Part shown: piece after piece, positions 19,539-27,624 of the stretch | Position numbering within the stretch: position 1 is the stretch's first letter | How the letters are laid out: each line of letters starts with the position of its first letter | Source: Candidatus Uhrbacteria bacterium | GTDB lineage: Bacteria; Patescibacteriota; Patescibacteriia; UBA9934; UBA10169 | Assembly: GCA_016187485.1 (NCBI GenBank) | Contig: JACPJO010000001.1 | Span: 6,195 to 70,194, forward strand | Reading direction: 5' to 3' | Length of the DNA stretch: 64,000 nucleotides | Position numbers and translations under genes: made by a program | Notes under the pieces: model-generated | Database searches by the model: none | Seen by the model: the letters and a program-made list of their open reading frames with translations, nothing else | Told to the model about the DNA's origin: nothing

Positions 19539-20690
19539 ATGCATATTGGCATAGATGCTATTGCGGCAAATGAAGAACTCCGCACGGGTCCGGGTGTGTA
19601 TGCGTTTGAATTACTCCGCGCGATGATGGCAGCAACGGGGGGAGATCGCGTATCGCTGTATCTGAACAAACCATTAGTTCAGGCATGGGCAGATATTCCC
19701 CCGAACTGGCAGGCACGTGTGCTTCCGTGGAAATTGCCTGGGTGGGCGACGGTTCGTTTATCTTCTGAGCTTCTTTGGCATCCACCAGATGTTTTGTTTG
19801 CTCCCTCTTCTCGTTTGCCGCTCTGGACTCCTCGCGGAGGACTTCATAAAACTGCCGCAACGATTCAGGACATCGGCTTTATGCGCTTCCCAGAACTCTA
19901 TGAGCGCCGTGATCGACAGCGACAAAAAAGCGCTCTCCGCCGAGCTCTGCGTCGTGCAGATCTACTTCTGACAATTTCTGCGTTCACAAAGCAAGAGCTT
20001 GTGGAGCTGTTTAGGGTCCCGGCGGAAAAGATTGTCGTGATTCCTCTTGCTGTCTCGCCGCGCTTTACGCCAGACCCGGCAGAAGCGATCGAGCGGATGC
20101 GTGTTAAAGCACGCATAAGCCAGCACTATCTGCTGTGTGTAAGCCGGCTTGATCGAAAGAAAAACATCGAAACGCTTATCCGCGGATTTGAAATTTTTAA
20201 AAGCCAGCGTGGATTTGGAGACCCGCATGAACTGGTCATCGTGGGGCCGGATGGATTTGGAGCGAAAGACATCCGCGCACGCATTGCGACGTCCTCTATT
20301 CGTTCGTCTATTCATCTTCTCGGTGGCGTGTCGGAAGAAGAAAAGGTTGCTCTCTACAGCGGTGCGCTTGGGTATGTGAATATCTCATGGTATGAAGGAT
20401 TCGGTCTCACGCCGCTTGAAGCTGCCGCCTGTGGGACGGCCGCTCTTCTCTCGGACATCCCTGCGCATCGCGAGGTCATGGGGGACGGGGCGTTGTATGC
20501 CAACCCGCGTGATCCGGAAGTGTTTGCACTCGCACTCAAACACTTTGCCGAAGAGCCAACACGTCGCGAGGCTGTCTTGGCTCGTGCGCGTGAACGTCTT
20601 ATATTGTATTCGTGGGAGAGGACAGCGGCACTCACATGGGAGGCTCTCCGCGGCGTTGTGGCTCCAAAAAATCTTTTTCACACATTCTAA
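19539..20690 (+). CDS. Glycosyltransferase family 4 (GT-B)
   Basis: C-terminal EGFGLTPLEAAACGTAALLSD. Confidence 0.75.
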   Translation: MHIGIDAIAANEELRTGPGVYAFELLRAMMAATGGDRVSLYLNKPLVQAWADIPPNWQARVLPWKLPGWATVRLSSELLWHPPDVLFAPSSRLPLWTPRGGLHKTAATIQDIGFMRFPELYERRDRQRQKSALRRALRRADLLLTISAFTKQELVELFRVPAEKIVVIPLAVSPRFTPDPAEAIERMRVKARISQHYLLCVSRLDRKKNIETLIRGFEIFKSQRGFGDPHELVIVGPDGFGAKDIRARIATSSIRSSIHLLGGVSEEEKVALYSGALGYVNISWYEGFGLTPLEAAACGTAALLSDIPAHREVMGDGALYANPRDPEVFALALKHFAEEPTRREAVLARARERLILYSWERTAALTWEALRGVVAPKNLFHTF

Positions 20691-20693
20691 AAT

Positions 20694-21533
20694 ATGTCCG
20701 AGGAGCTTACGGATATTCTGGTAGAGTCAGGACTAAGTCCGAAAGAGGCGGCTATCTATCTTGCGGCGTGCGAACTTGGTCCCGCGGGTGTGCAAGAAAT
20801 TGCGAACAAGTCTGGTATCCAGCGCACGACAGTCTATGTCTGTCTTGAGACGCTGGAGAAAGAGGGGTTTATCTCTGGCGCAGAGGCAGCCGGCCGCAAA
20901 GTGTTTGTTGCTGCTCCGCCGGACCACGTGCTCTCTACAGTGAGAGCAAAACGCGAGGCGATTGTGCAGAAGGAGGAGAAACTTGCCTCTGCGCTGCCGC
21001 GTCTTACTGCTCTTTACAACGTGGAGGGACAAAAGCCGCAAGTTCTATTCATGGAGGGGCAGGAGGGACTCATGAGCCAGTTGGATGTTTTTGAAAAACT
21101 TGTCGGGCCCTTTATCCAGATCACCAATATTGACGACGCGGCAGAGGCGTTTAAGGGTCGAGAACAACGCCGCAAGGAGCATAAACAGCAATTGAAAGAG
21201 CAGGAAGTGGGCGGACGGACGCTGGTTGTTACGTCTAAGTCTCTTGAAGAACTACAGCTTCTTCCCATGCCCGTGGATCTGCGCTTTCTCCCGTTTGAAA
21301 ATTTTCCGATTCATGGAGAGGTGACGGTACGAGAGGACACGATTCTCCTCTATTCATTCCGCGGACAGACGTTCGTGACGATCATACGGAGTAAGACGAT
21401 GGCGGACACGTTGCGGAGTGTCTTCGAACTTGCGTGGAGCGGTGCGCGTATATATCCAGGCCTCTCTTCTCAAGAGCGTCTGGCTGGCTTTACTAAACCT
21501 CTCTCCGACCAAACTTTCCCAAAACAAAACTAA
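20694..21533 (+). CDS. TrmB-family transcriptional regulator
   Basis: N-terminal HTH LSPKEAAIYLAACELGPAGVQEIANKSGIQRTTVYVCLETLEKEGFI. Confidence 0.6.
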   Translation: MSEELTDILVESGLSPKEAAIYLAACELGPAGVQEIANKSGIQRTTVYVCLETLEKEGFISGAEAAGRKVFVAAPPDHVLSTVRAKREAIVQKEEKLASALPRLTALYNVEGQKPQVLFMEGQEGLMSQLDVFEKLVGPFIQITNIDDAAEAFKGREQRRKEHKQQLKEQEVGGRTLVVTSKSLEELQLLPMPVDLRFLPFENFPIHGEVTVREDTILLYSFRGQTFVTIIRSKTMADTLRSVFELAWSGARIYPGLSSQERLAGFTKPLSDQTFPKQN

Positions 21534-21574
21534 GTTTCGTTGTCGAAACTTAGTGTTGTTTAGTTTTGTCGTTT
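21525..21574. terminator. bidirectional intrinsic terminator (15-bp stem, 1 mismatch)
   Basis: CAAAACTAAGTTTCG-ttgt-CGAAACTTAGTGTTG, then TTTAGTTTTGTCGTTT; A-run on the other side. Marks the left edge of the GC-rich segment. Confidence 0.65.
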
Positions 21575-21691
21575 AAGGGGTGGGAGATCCGGCTCCTGTG
21601 GTCGAGCAGCGCTCGGCCACACGAGGGGGTCCTGAAGAAGAGTGTGCTTCAGGTCACGAACGGAGGGAGAAGGAACGGGGCGCCTGGGTGC

Positions 21692-22483
21692 CTAGTGAAG
21701 GACGAGGCTCGTCACCAGGTGGTCGAGCCCGATGGGCTGACGGTCGGGGTCGGACGCGACGGGGGCCACGGCGGCCTCGGGCTTCTTGTGCCCGTGCCGA
21801 CGGTTCCGGCGGCGGCCGTTGTTCTCGTCCTGCGCGACCGGGGACGCGGACTCGGCGGTCTTGGTGACCATCGGGGCCATACCCTTGACGGTCGCTTCGG
21901 TCTCGCTCTTGTCGGCGAGGAAAATCTCGAGGCGCCGGTCGGTCTCCTCCACCCACTGCGCGTTCTCGCGGCACGGATTTTCCCGCAGCGCTCGGAGCGC
22001 GTCCCGCTTGCGGCTGCGCAGCAGGGCCTCCATGTTCTCGAACGAGCGGCCGAAGACCTGCTCGAGGGACTCGCCGTCGCGGGCCACCCGCGTGCAGTAG
22101 GTGATGCGCAGCTGCTCCATGCGGTCGTCGCCGGCCGCGGCGATCTTCTCCTCGACGATCTTCTTGCGGTGCGCCTCGCTCTCGAGCCGCTCGGCGGCCG
22201 CCTTGATCTCGGCGTCCACCTGCGCGTGCTCCTCCGCGACGCGCTCGCAGAGCCGCGCCGCGAGCGAGGGGTTCACCTGGCGGAAGTGCTCGATGCTCTC
22301 GTTGAGGATCTGAAGCGGCGACCAGGTCGTCATCTCGGCGCCGCCGCCGTTGGCCGCCGCGAACCGCCGGAGCAGCCCTTCGATCCTCGTCATGTGCAGC
22401 GAGTCGCTGCACATGACGAGCTTGCGGGCGGTCTCGGCGAGCTCGCGGAACGAGGGCCGGGGGGAACGGGTGCTGTCGGACAT
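21692..22483 (-). CDS. hypothetical protein A of GC-rich island (Glu/Ala/Arg-rich, helical, basic tail)
   Basis: ATG at 22483-22481, TAG at 21694-21692; coding-like composition; no recognisable domain. Confidence 0.45.
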   Translation of the reverse strand: MSDSTRSPRPSFRELAETARKLVMCSDSLHMTRIEGLLRRFAAANGGGAEMTTWSPLQILNESIEHFRQVNPSLAARLCERVAEEHAQVDAEIKAAAERLESEAHRKKIVEEKIAAAGDDRMEQLRITYCTRVARDGESLEQVFGRSFENMEALLRSRKRDALRALRENPCRENAQWVEETDRRLEIFLADKSETEATVKGMAPMVTKTAESASPVAQDENNGRRRNRRHGHKKPEAAVAPVASDPDRQPIGLDHLVTSLVLH

Positions 22484-22826
22484 GTTCGTCTCCAGTGTGG
22501 CGCATCCGCGTGGGATGAACGCCGGGGGTTTGGGGTTCCTCACACCATTCTTAGGGGGTTGAGGGGTCCAGTGACATGCCGAAGCAGTATGGACCCATGA
22601 AACCCGGGCATGTGCATCAAGCGAGAAATCCCGGTTGAAGCACTTGGGTTTCACACCTCTCGTTCTGTCATATGGCAGTTCGGGAGGTGGGCTCTCTCTC
22701 CTCCTAAGAATGGTGGGAGGAACAATCTGGCCTGTGAGCGCGAGTGGGGACTCACGCGCACGGGGGGATTGGGGCCGGCGCAAGGTTTTCACCATGGGGC
22801 CCCGAGAAAGAAACTGATGGAAGGAA

Positions 22827-24110
22827 CTACTCGTCACGCAGCGCGCGGGGAGCGGCGCGGCGCGGACCCGGGGCGTTGCGCTTGGCAAGCGCTGCCTCGA
22901 TCTCGCGCTTCATCTCTTCGTCGACCGTGGGCGTGGGGGTGGGCTCTGCCACGGGGGTGCCGGCGGCGCGGCGGGCGGCGGCGCGGCGGGCGATGTCACC
23001 CATGACCGTGCTGCCGGCACTCGCACTCCGGTGGGCTTCCGAGTGCTCCCGCCGCTCCCGCACGAACTCACTCAACGCGTTCTTGGCGTCGAGCATGTCC
23101 ATGTGTGCGTTGGGGTGGCGGCTCTCGGTGTAGTGACGGATCCGACTTTCGAGGATCCGCTCCACGTCCCGCGGTTGGTAGCCGCGGATGCGGTCGAGGC
23201 TGTCCTCGGTCCGTCCGACCGCGACCTGCCACTTGCGCAGCCAGCCCCACAGGGGGTCCTGGTCGGCGCCGTCCACGTACGTCGTCCTCTCTTCTTCGCG
23301 TCCACGCTGCTCGGCCTTCTGCGCCCGTCGCTCTTCGCGTGCCTTGTTCCTGCGCTTCGTGTCCTCACCGAGGGCCTTCATGGCCTCCTCTTCGAGGTTG
23401 TTGAGGCAGGACCAGTCGCCGTTGCCGCTCACGACCTGCCGGGTCATGGTCTCCGCGATGGCCCAGTAGAGCTGGAGGGTGGAGACTTGCGCGGTCGGGG
23501 CGCCAATCCAGATCGGACGGCCGTCGCCGGCGTCCGTCTGCATGGCGGCCTCGAGGAGGAGCGTGCGAAGCGCGTTGCGGAGCTCGGGGTGCCGCTTTCG
23601 CAGCTCCACGATCCGGCGTGTCCTCCAGCCGCTCGTGATGCGGTGGTTCTTCCACCACGCCACGGGCTGGAGTGACGCCAGTCGCTCGCGCGGATCCTCA
23701 TCCGCCAGGGGCGGGTATTTCGTCTCCCACCACTGCGGCTGGTCCTCCGTCGGCTGGTCGTTGTGGGGGTCCACGGGGGTGAAGATGACGCGCGTGCCCT
23801 TGCAGGACGCTCGGCCCGTCACCTTCGTGCCCTCCACGCGCTCGCTCTGGATGGACTCGCCGACCTTGATTGCGACCTTCTCCTCGTAGTACGAGCTGGC
23901 CGCCAGCCATTCCTCGAAGCCCTGACGTTCGAGGAGGAGGGCTGCGGTTGGCCCGCTGCCCACTCCGCGGTCGGTGTCCCACGACTCCTCGTTGGGGTGG
24001 CAGACGATGTTCGCCACGCCACGGGTCAGGGGACGGATCTCTTCCCACCCCTGCTTCTCGCTGGCCGTCTGTGGCACGTTGCCGCGCCGGGAACTGCTGG
24101 TGCGTCCCAT
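22827..24110 (-). CDS. hypothetical protein B of GC-rich island (427 aa, Trp-rich N-terminal half, charged C-terminal half)
   Basis: AGGAGG 8 nt upstream of the ATG at 24110; no recognisable domain. Confidence 0.5.
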   Translation of the reverse strand: MGRTSSSRRGNVPQTASEKQGWEEIRPLTRGVANIVCHPNEESWDTDRGVGSGPTAALLLERQGFEEWLAASSYYEEKVAIKVGESIQSERVEGTKVTGRASCKGTRVIFTPVDPHNDQPTEDQPQWWETKYPPLADEDPRERLASLQPVAWWKNHRITSGWRTRRIVELRKRHPELRNALRTLLLEAAMQTDAGDGRPIWIGAPTAQVSTLQLYWAIAETMTRQVVSGNGDWSCLNNLEEEAMKALGEDTKRRNKAREERRAQKAEQRGREEERTTYVDGADQDPLWGWLRKWQVAVGRTEDSLDRIRGYQPRDVERILESRIRHYTESRHPNAHMDMLDAKNALSEFVRERREHSEAHRSASAGSTVMGDIARRAAARRAAGTPVAEPTPTPTVDEEMKREIEAALAKRNAPGPRRAAPRALRDE

Positions 24111-24347
24111 GGTCTCTAGCCTCCTGCGATGTTATCGCATGGTTCCGACTTTTTCCGCTTGGGACCATTCCCGCACGGAACAACTCGGTTGTTGTCGAAG
24201 ATCTTCGGCTTCTTTACTTTAACAAAAAAAGCCGTCCTTTGGGGAGAAACACTTTATCCTCAAAAGACGAATTTTTATTTTTTTGATGACGCGGGCTTCC
24301 CCAAGCTCTCGTCAGACCCCCAATTGGAAGGATCAAACTAACGGCGA

Positions 24348-24376
24348 AATGTATCACTTTTTGGGGCTTTTGTCAA
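24348..24376 (-). promoter_or_regulatory. sigma70-like promoter TTGACA-N17-TACATT reading towards island gene B
   Basis: -35 is rc of 24371-24376, -10 is rc of 24348-24353, exact 17-nt spacer; ~235-nt leader to the ATG. Confidence 0.45.
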
Positions 24377-24421
24377 TGGCCGACCTTCATCAATTCGCTT
24401 AAATAAGCCAACTTTTCTTTG

Positions 24422-24454
24422 TCACTAAGAGATCACTTAGTGATCACTAAGAGA
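24422..24454. repeat. operator-like alternating 11-mer triple (TCACTAAGAGA / TCACTTAGTGA / TCACTAAGAGA) containing the 16-bp perfect palindrome CTTAGTGATCACTAAG
   Basis: Read directly; one helical-turn periodicity; sits ~50-80 bp upstream of the -35 above. Confidence 0.45.
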
Positions 24455-24460
24455 GAATTT

Positions 24461-24492
24461 AAACAAAACAACCCAGATCGGGTTGTTTTGCC
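24461..24492. terminator. bidirectional intrinsic terminator
   Basis: AACAACCC-agatc-GGGTTGTT, then TTG/T-run; A-rich on the opposite side. Downstream of the 24560 gene. Confidence 0.55.
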
Positions 24493-24559
24493 CCCGCAGG
24501 AGGTCTCGGAGAGATCTTCTGTGGGGGGTGCGGCAGAGTGAGCCGCGAGAAGGGGTGGG

Positions 24560-25048
24560 CTAGTGCCCGTGGCCGCCGCCAGCAGCGGGGCCGTGATTGG
24601 CGTCGTGGTTGTCGTGACCGTGTCCCGTGCCGTGACGGGCAGCCTGCAGAGCACGCGCGCCTGCGCCGTGCACACGGCCCGCACGGCGCATGGCCTGCGC
24701 AGTGAGCACGGCACCCACGATGCCGAGGATACCGATCACCCACACCCACCAGTGCCATCCCACCAGTACGGTGAGGGCGTAGGCGACGAGCACGGGGTGG
24801 GCACTACGGTCGAGCCCGCGGGCGATGCCCTCTGCGTGCAGAGCGCTCGCGAGCCACCGGGCGATGGCGCCCGGGATCGCCCAATGCGCCCAAGCGAACG
24901 AGCACCATCCGAGCCACAGCATCTTGTTCGTGTGGCTGTACTCGAGGATGTCGAAGCCAGCCATCCAGAAACCCGCGTACCAATACCAGAGCGTGAGCAT
25001 CACGTGATCTTTCTCCGACGCATGGTCGGCGTTGGGGGTTATCGACAC
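24560..25048 (-). CDS. hypothetical membrane protein with His/Gly-rich C-terminal tail (GC-rich island)
   Basis: 3-4 TM helices; tail HGTGHGHDNHDANHGPAAGGGHGH; GC-rich like genes A and B. Confidence 0.45.
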   Translation of the reverse strand: MSITPNADHASEKDHVMLTLWYWYAGFWMAGFDILEYSHTNKMLWLGWCSFAWAHWAIPGAIARWLASALHAEGIARGLDRSAHPVLVAYALTVLVGWHWWVWVIGILGIVGAVLTAQAMRRAGRVHGAGARALQAARHGTGHGHDNHDANHGPAAGGGHGH

Positions 25049-25104
25049 AAGGATCTAAACGCCGGAGAATACTAAAAAAACGGCTTTTTGTCAAGTCAAA
25101 GTCG

Positions 25105-25113
25105 TGCTATAAT
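25105..25113 (+). promoter_or_regulatory. extended -10 element TGcTATAAT upstream of holB
   Basis: TATAAT ends 9 nt before the ATG at 25123, so this is probably a leaderless transcript. A divergent TTGACA-N16-TATTCT lies on the minus strand at 25066-25093. Confidence 0.4.
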
Positions 25114-25122
25114 CCCCGCACT

Positions 25123-26010
25123 ATGGATGAAATTGTTGGCCATTCACAAGCCTGTTCTTTTTTTGATCGTGCTATTTCTGCGGCAAAACTACATCATGCC
25201 TATGCCGTGTTTGGGCCGGATCATGTGGGGAAAACGGTGCTTATTGAGCGGGTGATTGGCCAGATCCTTCACACGCCGTCCGATCACTTGGACGCACACC
25301 CGGACTTTGTGCGGGTCCGTCGAGGAGTGGATGAGAAAACAGGGAAAGAGCGAACGGACATTGTGGTGGGTCAGATCCACGCTCTGCAGAGTGCCCTTGC
25401 GACACGCCCTGTTCTTGCGCCCCATCGTGTCGCGTTTATCGAGGAAGCGGCTCTCCTTAATAAGACAGGCGCGAATGCGCTCCTGAAAACGCTCGAGGAG
25501 CCGATGTCTCGTGTGGTGATTTTTTTGCGTACAACGCATGAAAGCGATCTCCCTAAGACGATTCTCTCTCGCGTGCAGCGCGTCCGGCTTTCACTGGTTT
25601 CCGCAGAAGCCATTGCAAGCATGCTTGTGCGTCTTGGCGCGTCGAAAAAAGAAGCACAAGAGTTTGCCGGTGCGTCTCATGGGTGTCCCGGTCTCGCGCG
25701 CACGCTTCTTCTGCATCCGGCCGATCACGAAGCGCGCGCCCGCGATCGTGCGCAGTTTGAGGAAGTGCTTGCTTTGCCGCTTGCCGGCCGGTCGCTCTAT
25801 TTATCGCGCGCTCTTCCAAAGGGCCAGCCTCGGGCAAAGGCCCTGGAGCTTGTGGAACTTTGGGAAGATGTGCTCCGCGCGCGCTGGCACGCAAGCGGAT
25901 TTGGCGCGCCGCAAACGGCTGTGCTCCAACGCCTCTTTCAAACGCGCGAAGCTCTACAGAGAAACGCGCCGCCTGTTCTTGCTCTTGAACACACTCTTTT
26001 TTTCGTATGA
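25123..26010 (+). CDS. holB: DNA polymerase III delta' subunit
   Basis: HAYAVFGPDHVGKT Walker-like motif; SRVQ sensor; clamp-loader fold pattern. Confidence 0.75.
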   Translation: MDEIVGHSQACSFFDRAISAAKLHHAYAVFGPDHVGKTVLIERVIGQILHTPSDHLDAHPDFVRVRRGVDEKTGKERTDIVVGQIHALQSALATRPVLAPHRVAFIEEAALLNKTGANALLKTLEEPMSRVVIFLRTTHESDLPKTILSRVQRVRLSLVSAEAIASMLVRLGASKKEAQEFAGASHGCPGLARTLLLHPADHEARARDRAQFEEVLALPLAGRSLYLSRALPKGQPRAKALELVELWEDVLRARWHASGFGAPQTAVLQRLFQTREALQRNAPPVLALEHTLFFV

Positions 26011-27062
26011 CTATGCGTAAACTTTTTTTTGGCGTCGGCCTTATTGTACTGTTAGCCGGCATCGGCTGTTCGCGCGGCGGGGCGCGAGGGGCAGATGGTG
26101 GCGTCTTTAAATCGAGCGACGCAGGTGCCTCGTGGTCACAGGCCGTTGCGGTGCTCTCTGCGCGCGGCGTTGGCTCGGCGGCCGGAGCGAATATTCTCTC
26201 GCTTGTCGCGGATCCGTCCGACCCCTTTACCCTCTATGCAGGAACAGAAGGGCAGGGGCTTATCTTTTCGTATGACGGCGCGGCCAGCTGGCAACAACCT
26301 CGTGAGGGAGTGCTCCGCACGGGGGCTGTTACTGCCGTGGCCGTGGATCCTACGGAAAAGTGCCGCGTGTATGTAGCCAAGAGCGATCGTATTTTCCGCA
26401 CGGATGATTGCAACCGAACATTTGGTGAGGAGATTTATGTGGAAGGAAAGGCCGGAGTTTTTGTAACGGGCCTTGCGGTGGATTGGTTTTCGGGCGAGTC
26501 CGTGTATGCGGCGCTCTCCGACGGCCGCCTTTTGAAAACGAGCGACTACGGCGCGAATTGGACAACGGTCTTCCGCGGACGGCAAGCGATTACGCGCTTG
26601 CTTATAAGCAATCTCGATAGCCGCGTTGTCGTTCTGGGCATGTTGGGCGGGGGATTTGCGCGCTCGACTGACGGCGGATTGACATGGGCGCCGATTCTTG
26701 ATCAACTGAAGCCCTATCGGGATGCGAATCGCGTCTTTGGCCTGGTGCAGGATGCACAGGGCGAGCGCATGATGGCCGCAACAGGCTATGGTGTTCTGAC
26801 ATCGGAGGACCAGGGGGATAGCTGGCGGCCGCTCAAGCTCTTGTCGGCGCCGGGCGAGGTGATGGTGAATGCTGTGGGGATTGATCCGGCAGAGAAGGAC
26901 CACATGCTCTACGCGGTCGGCAATGCACTCTACGAAACGCGCGATGCGGGGGAGCACTGGGCGGTGCAAAAACTTGCGACGTCCCGACTGATCCGCACGA
27001 TTCTTTTTGACTCATCCAACTCCGAGACGATTTACATTGGCATGCGCGCTGTTCAACAATAA
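26007..27062 (+). CDS. Lipoprotein with six BNR/Asp-box repeats (Ycf48-like beta-propeller)
   Basis: Lipobox LLAGIGCS; repeats SSDAGASW, SYDGAASW, TSDYGANW, STDGGLTW, SEDQGDSW, TRDAGEHW. Confidence 0.65.
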   Translation: MTMRKLFFGVGLIVLLAGIGCSRGGARGADGGVFKSSDAGASWSQAVAVLSARGVGSAAGANILSLVADPSDPFTLYAGTEGQGLIFSYDGAASWQQPREGVLRTGAVTAVAVDPTEKCRVYVAKSDRIFRTDDCNRTFGEEIYVEGKAGVFVTGLAVDWFSGESVYAALSDGRLLKTSDYGANWTTVFRGRQAITRLLISNLDSRVVVLGMLGGGFARSTDGGLTWAPILDQLKPYRDANRVFGLVQDAQGERMMAATGYGVLTSEDQGDSWRPLKLLSAPGEVMVNAVGIDPAEKDHMLYAVGNALYETRDAGEHWAVQKLATSRLIRTILFDSSNSETIYIGMRAVQQ

Positions 27063-27067
27063 AATGT

Positions 27068-27622
27068 ATGCATCAATTTCTTGTAGGAAAAAAAAGCGGG
27101 TTCGAGGACGCCATAGCGCATCTGCGCGATGAAATGGCCGGGCTTCGGACAGGACGCGCGCATCCGGGGCTGGTCGAGCATGTGGTGGTGGAGGCGTACG
27201 GCACGCAGTCGCCACTGAAGGCGCTTGCGATGGTGAGCATTCCCGAATCGCGCACTCTGCAGATTGAGGCATGGGATGCGGGTATTGTGAAAGACATCGA
27301 GCGCGCACTTTCTGCAGCCGACCTTGGCGCGTCGCCGCACATGGATGGGAAAATTATCCGACTTGTTCTTCCAACGATGACGGAGGAAACGCGCAAGAAG
27401 ATGGTAAGGCTCATGAAAGAAAAGGTGGAATCGGCGCGCGTGTCGCTCCGCCAATCGCGGGAAGACATCCGTAAAGAAGTTTCGGCAATGGAGAAAGACA
27501 AAAAAATATCGGAAGATGAACGGTTTAAAATATTCGATGAGCTCGACCGTATGACGAAGGAATTTACCGATATGGTGGAAAAAATCAGCGAGGAAAAGGA
27601 ACGGGAGATCATGACGGTCTAA
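27068..27622 (+). CDS. frr: Ribosome recycling factor
   Basis: Full-length similarity. Confidence 0.9.
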   Translation: MHQFLVGKKSGFEDAIAHLRDEMAGLRTGRAHPGLVEHVVVEAYGTQSPLKALAMVSIPESRTLQIEAWDAGIVKDIERALSAADLGASPHMDGKIIRLVLPTMTEETRKKMVRLMKEKVESARVSLRQSREDIRKEVSAMEKDKKISEDERFKIFDELDRMTKEFTDMVEKISEEKEREIMTV

Positions 27623-27624
27623 CT

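Noticed and set aside
21566-24286. Many long plus-strand ORFs inside the GC-rich island (for example 21566-22600 at 344 aa, 23031-23675 at 214 aa, and nested Arg/Pro/Ala-rich ORFs)
   Set aside because: They are antisense or out of frame relative to genes A and B. Their translations are extreme Arg/Gly/Pro/Ala low-complexity sequence, typical of spurious open frames in ~68% GC DNA.
24422-24454. Possible CRISPR array or iterons from the repeated TCACTAAGAGA units
   Set aside because: There are only two direct copies plus one inverted copy, no spacers and no cas genes; it is interpreted as an operator-like site instead. No CRISPR-like arrays were seen anywhere in the window.
21525-24454. Shared 7-mer CACTAAG/CTTAGTG as att-site direct repeats flanking the island
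   Set aside because: The shared core is only 8 bp (ACTTAGTG), and the same 7-mer also occurs at 47987. That is too short to claim an attL/attR duplication without an integrase.
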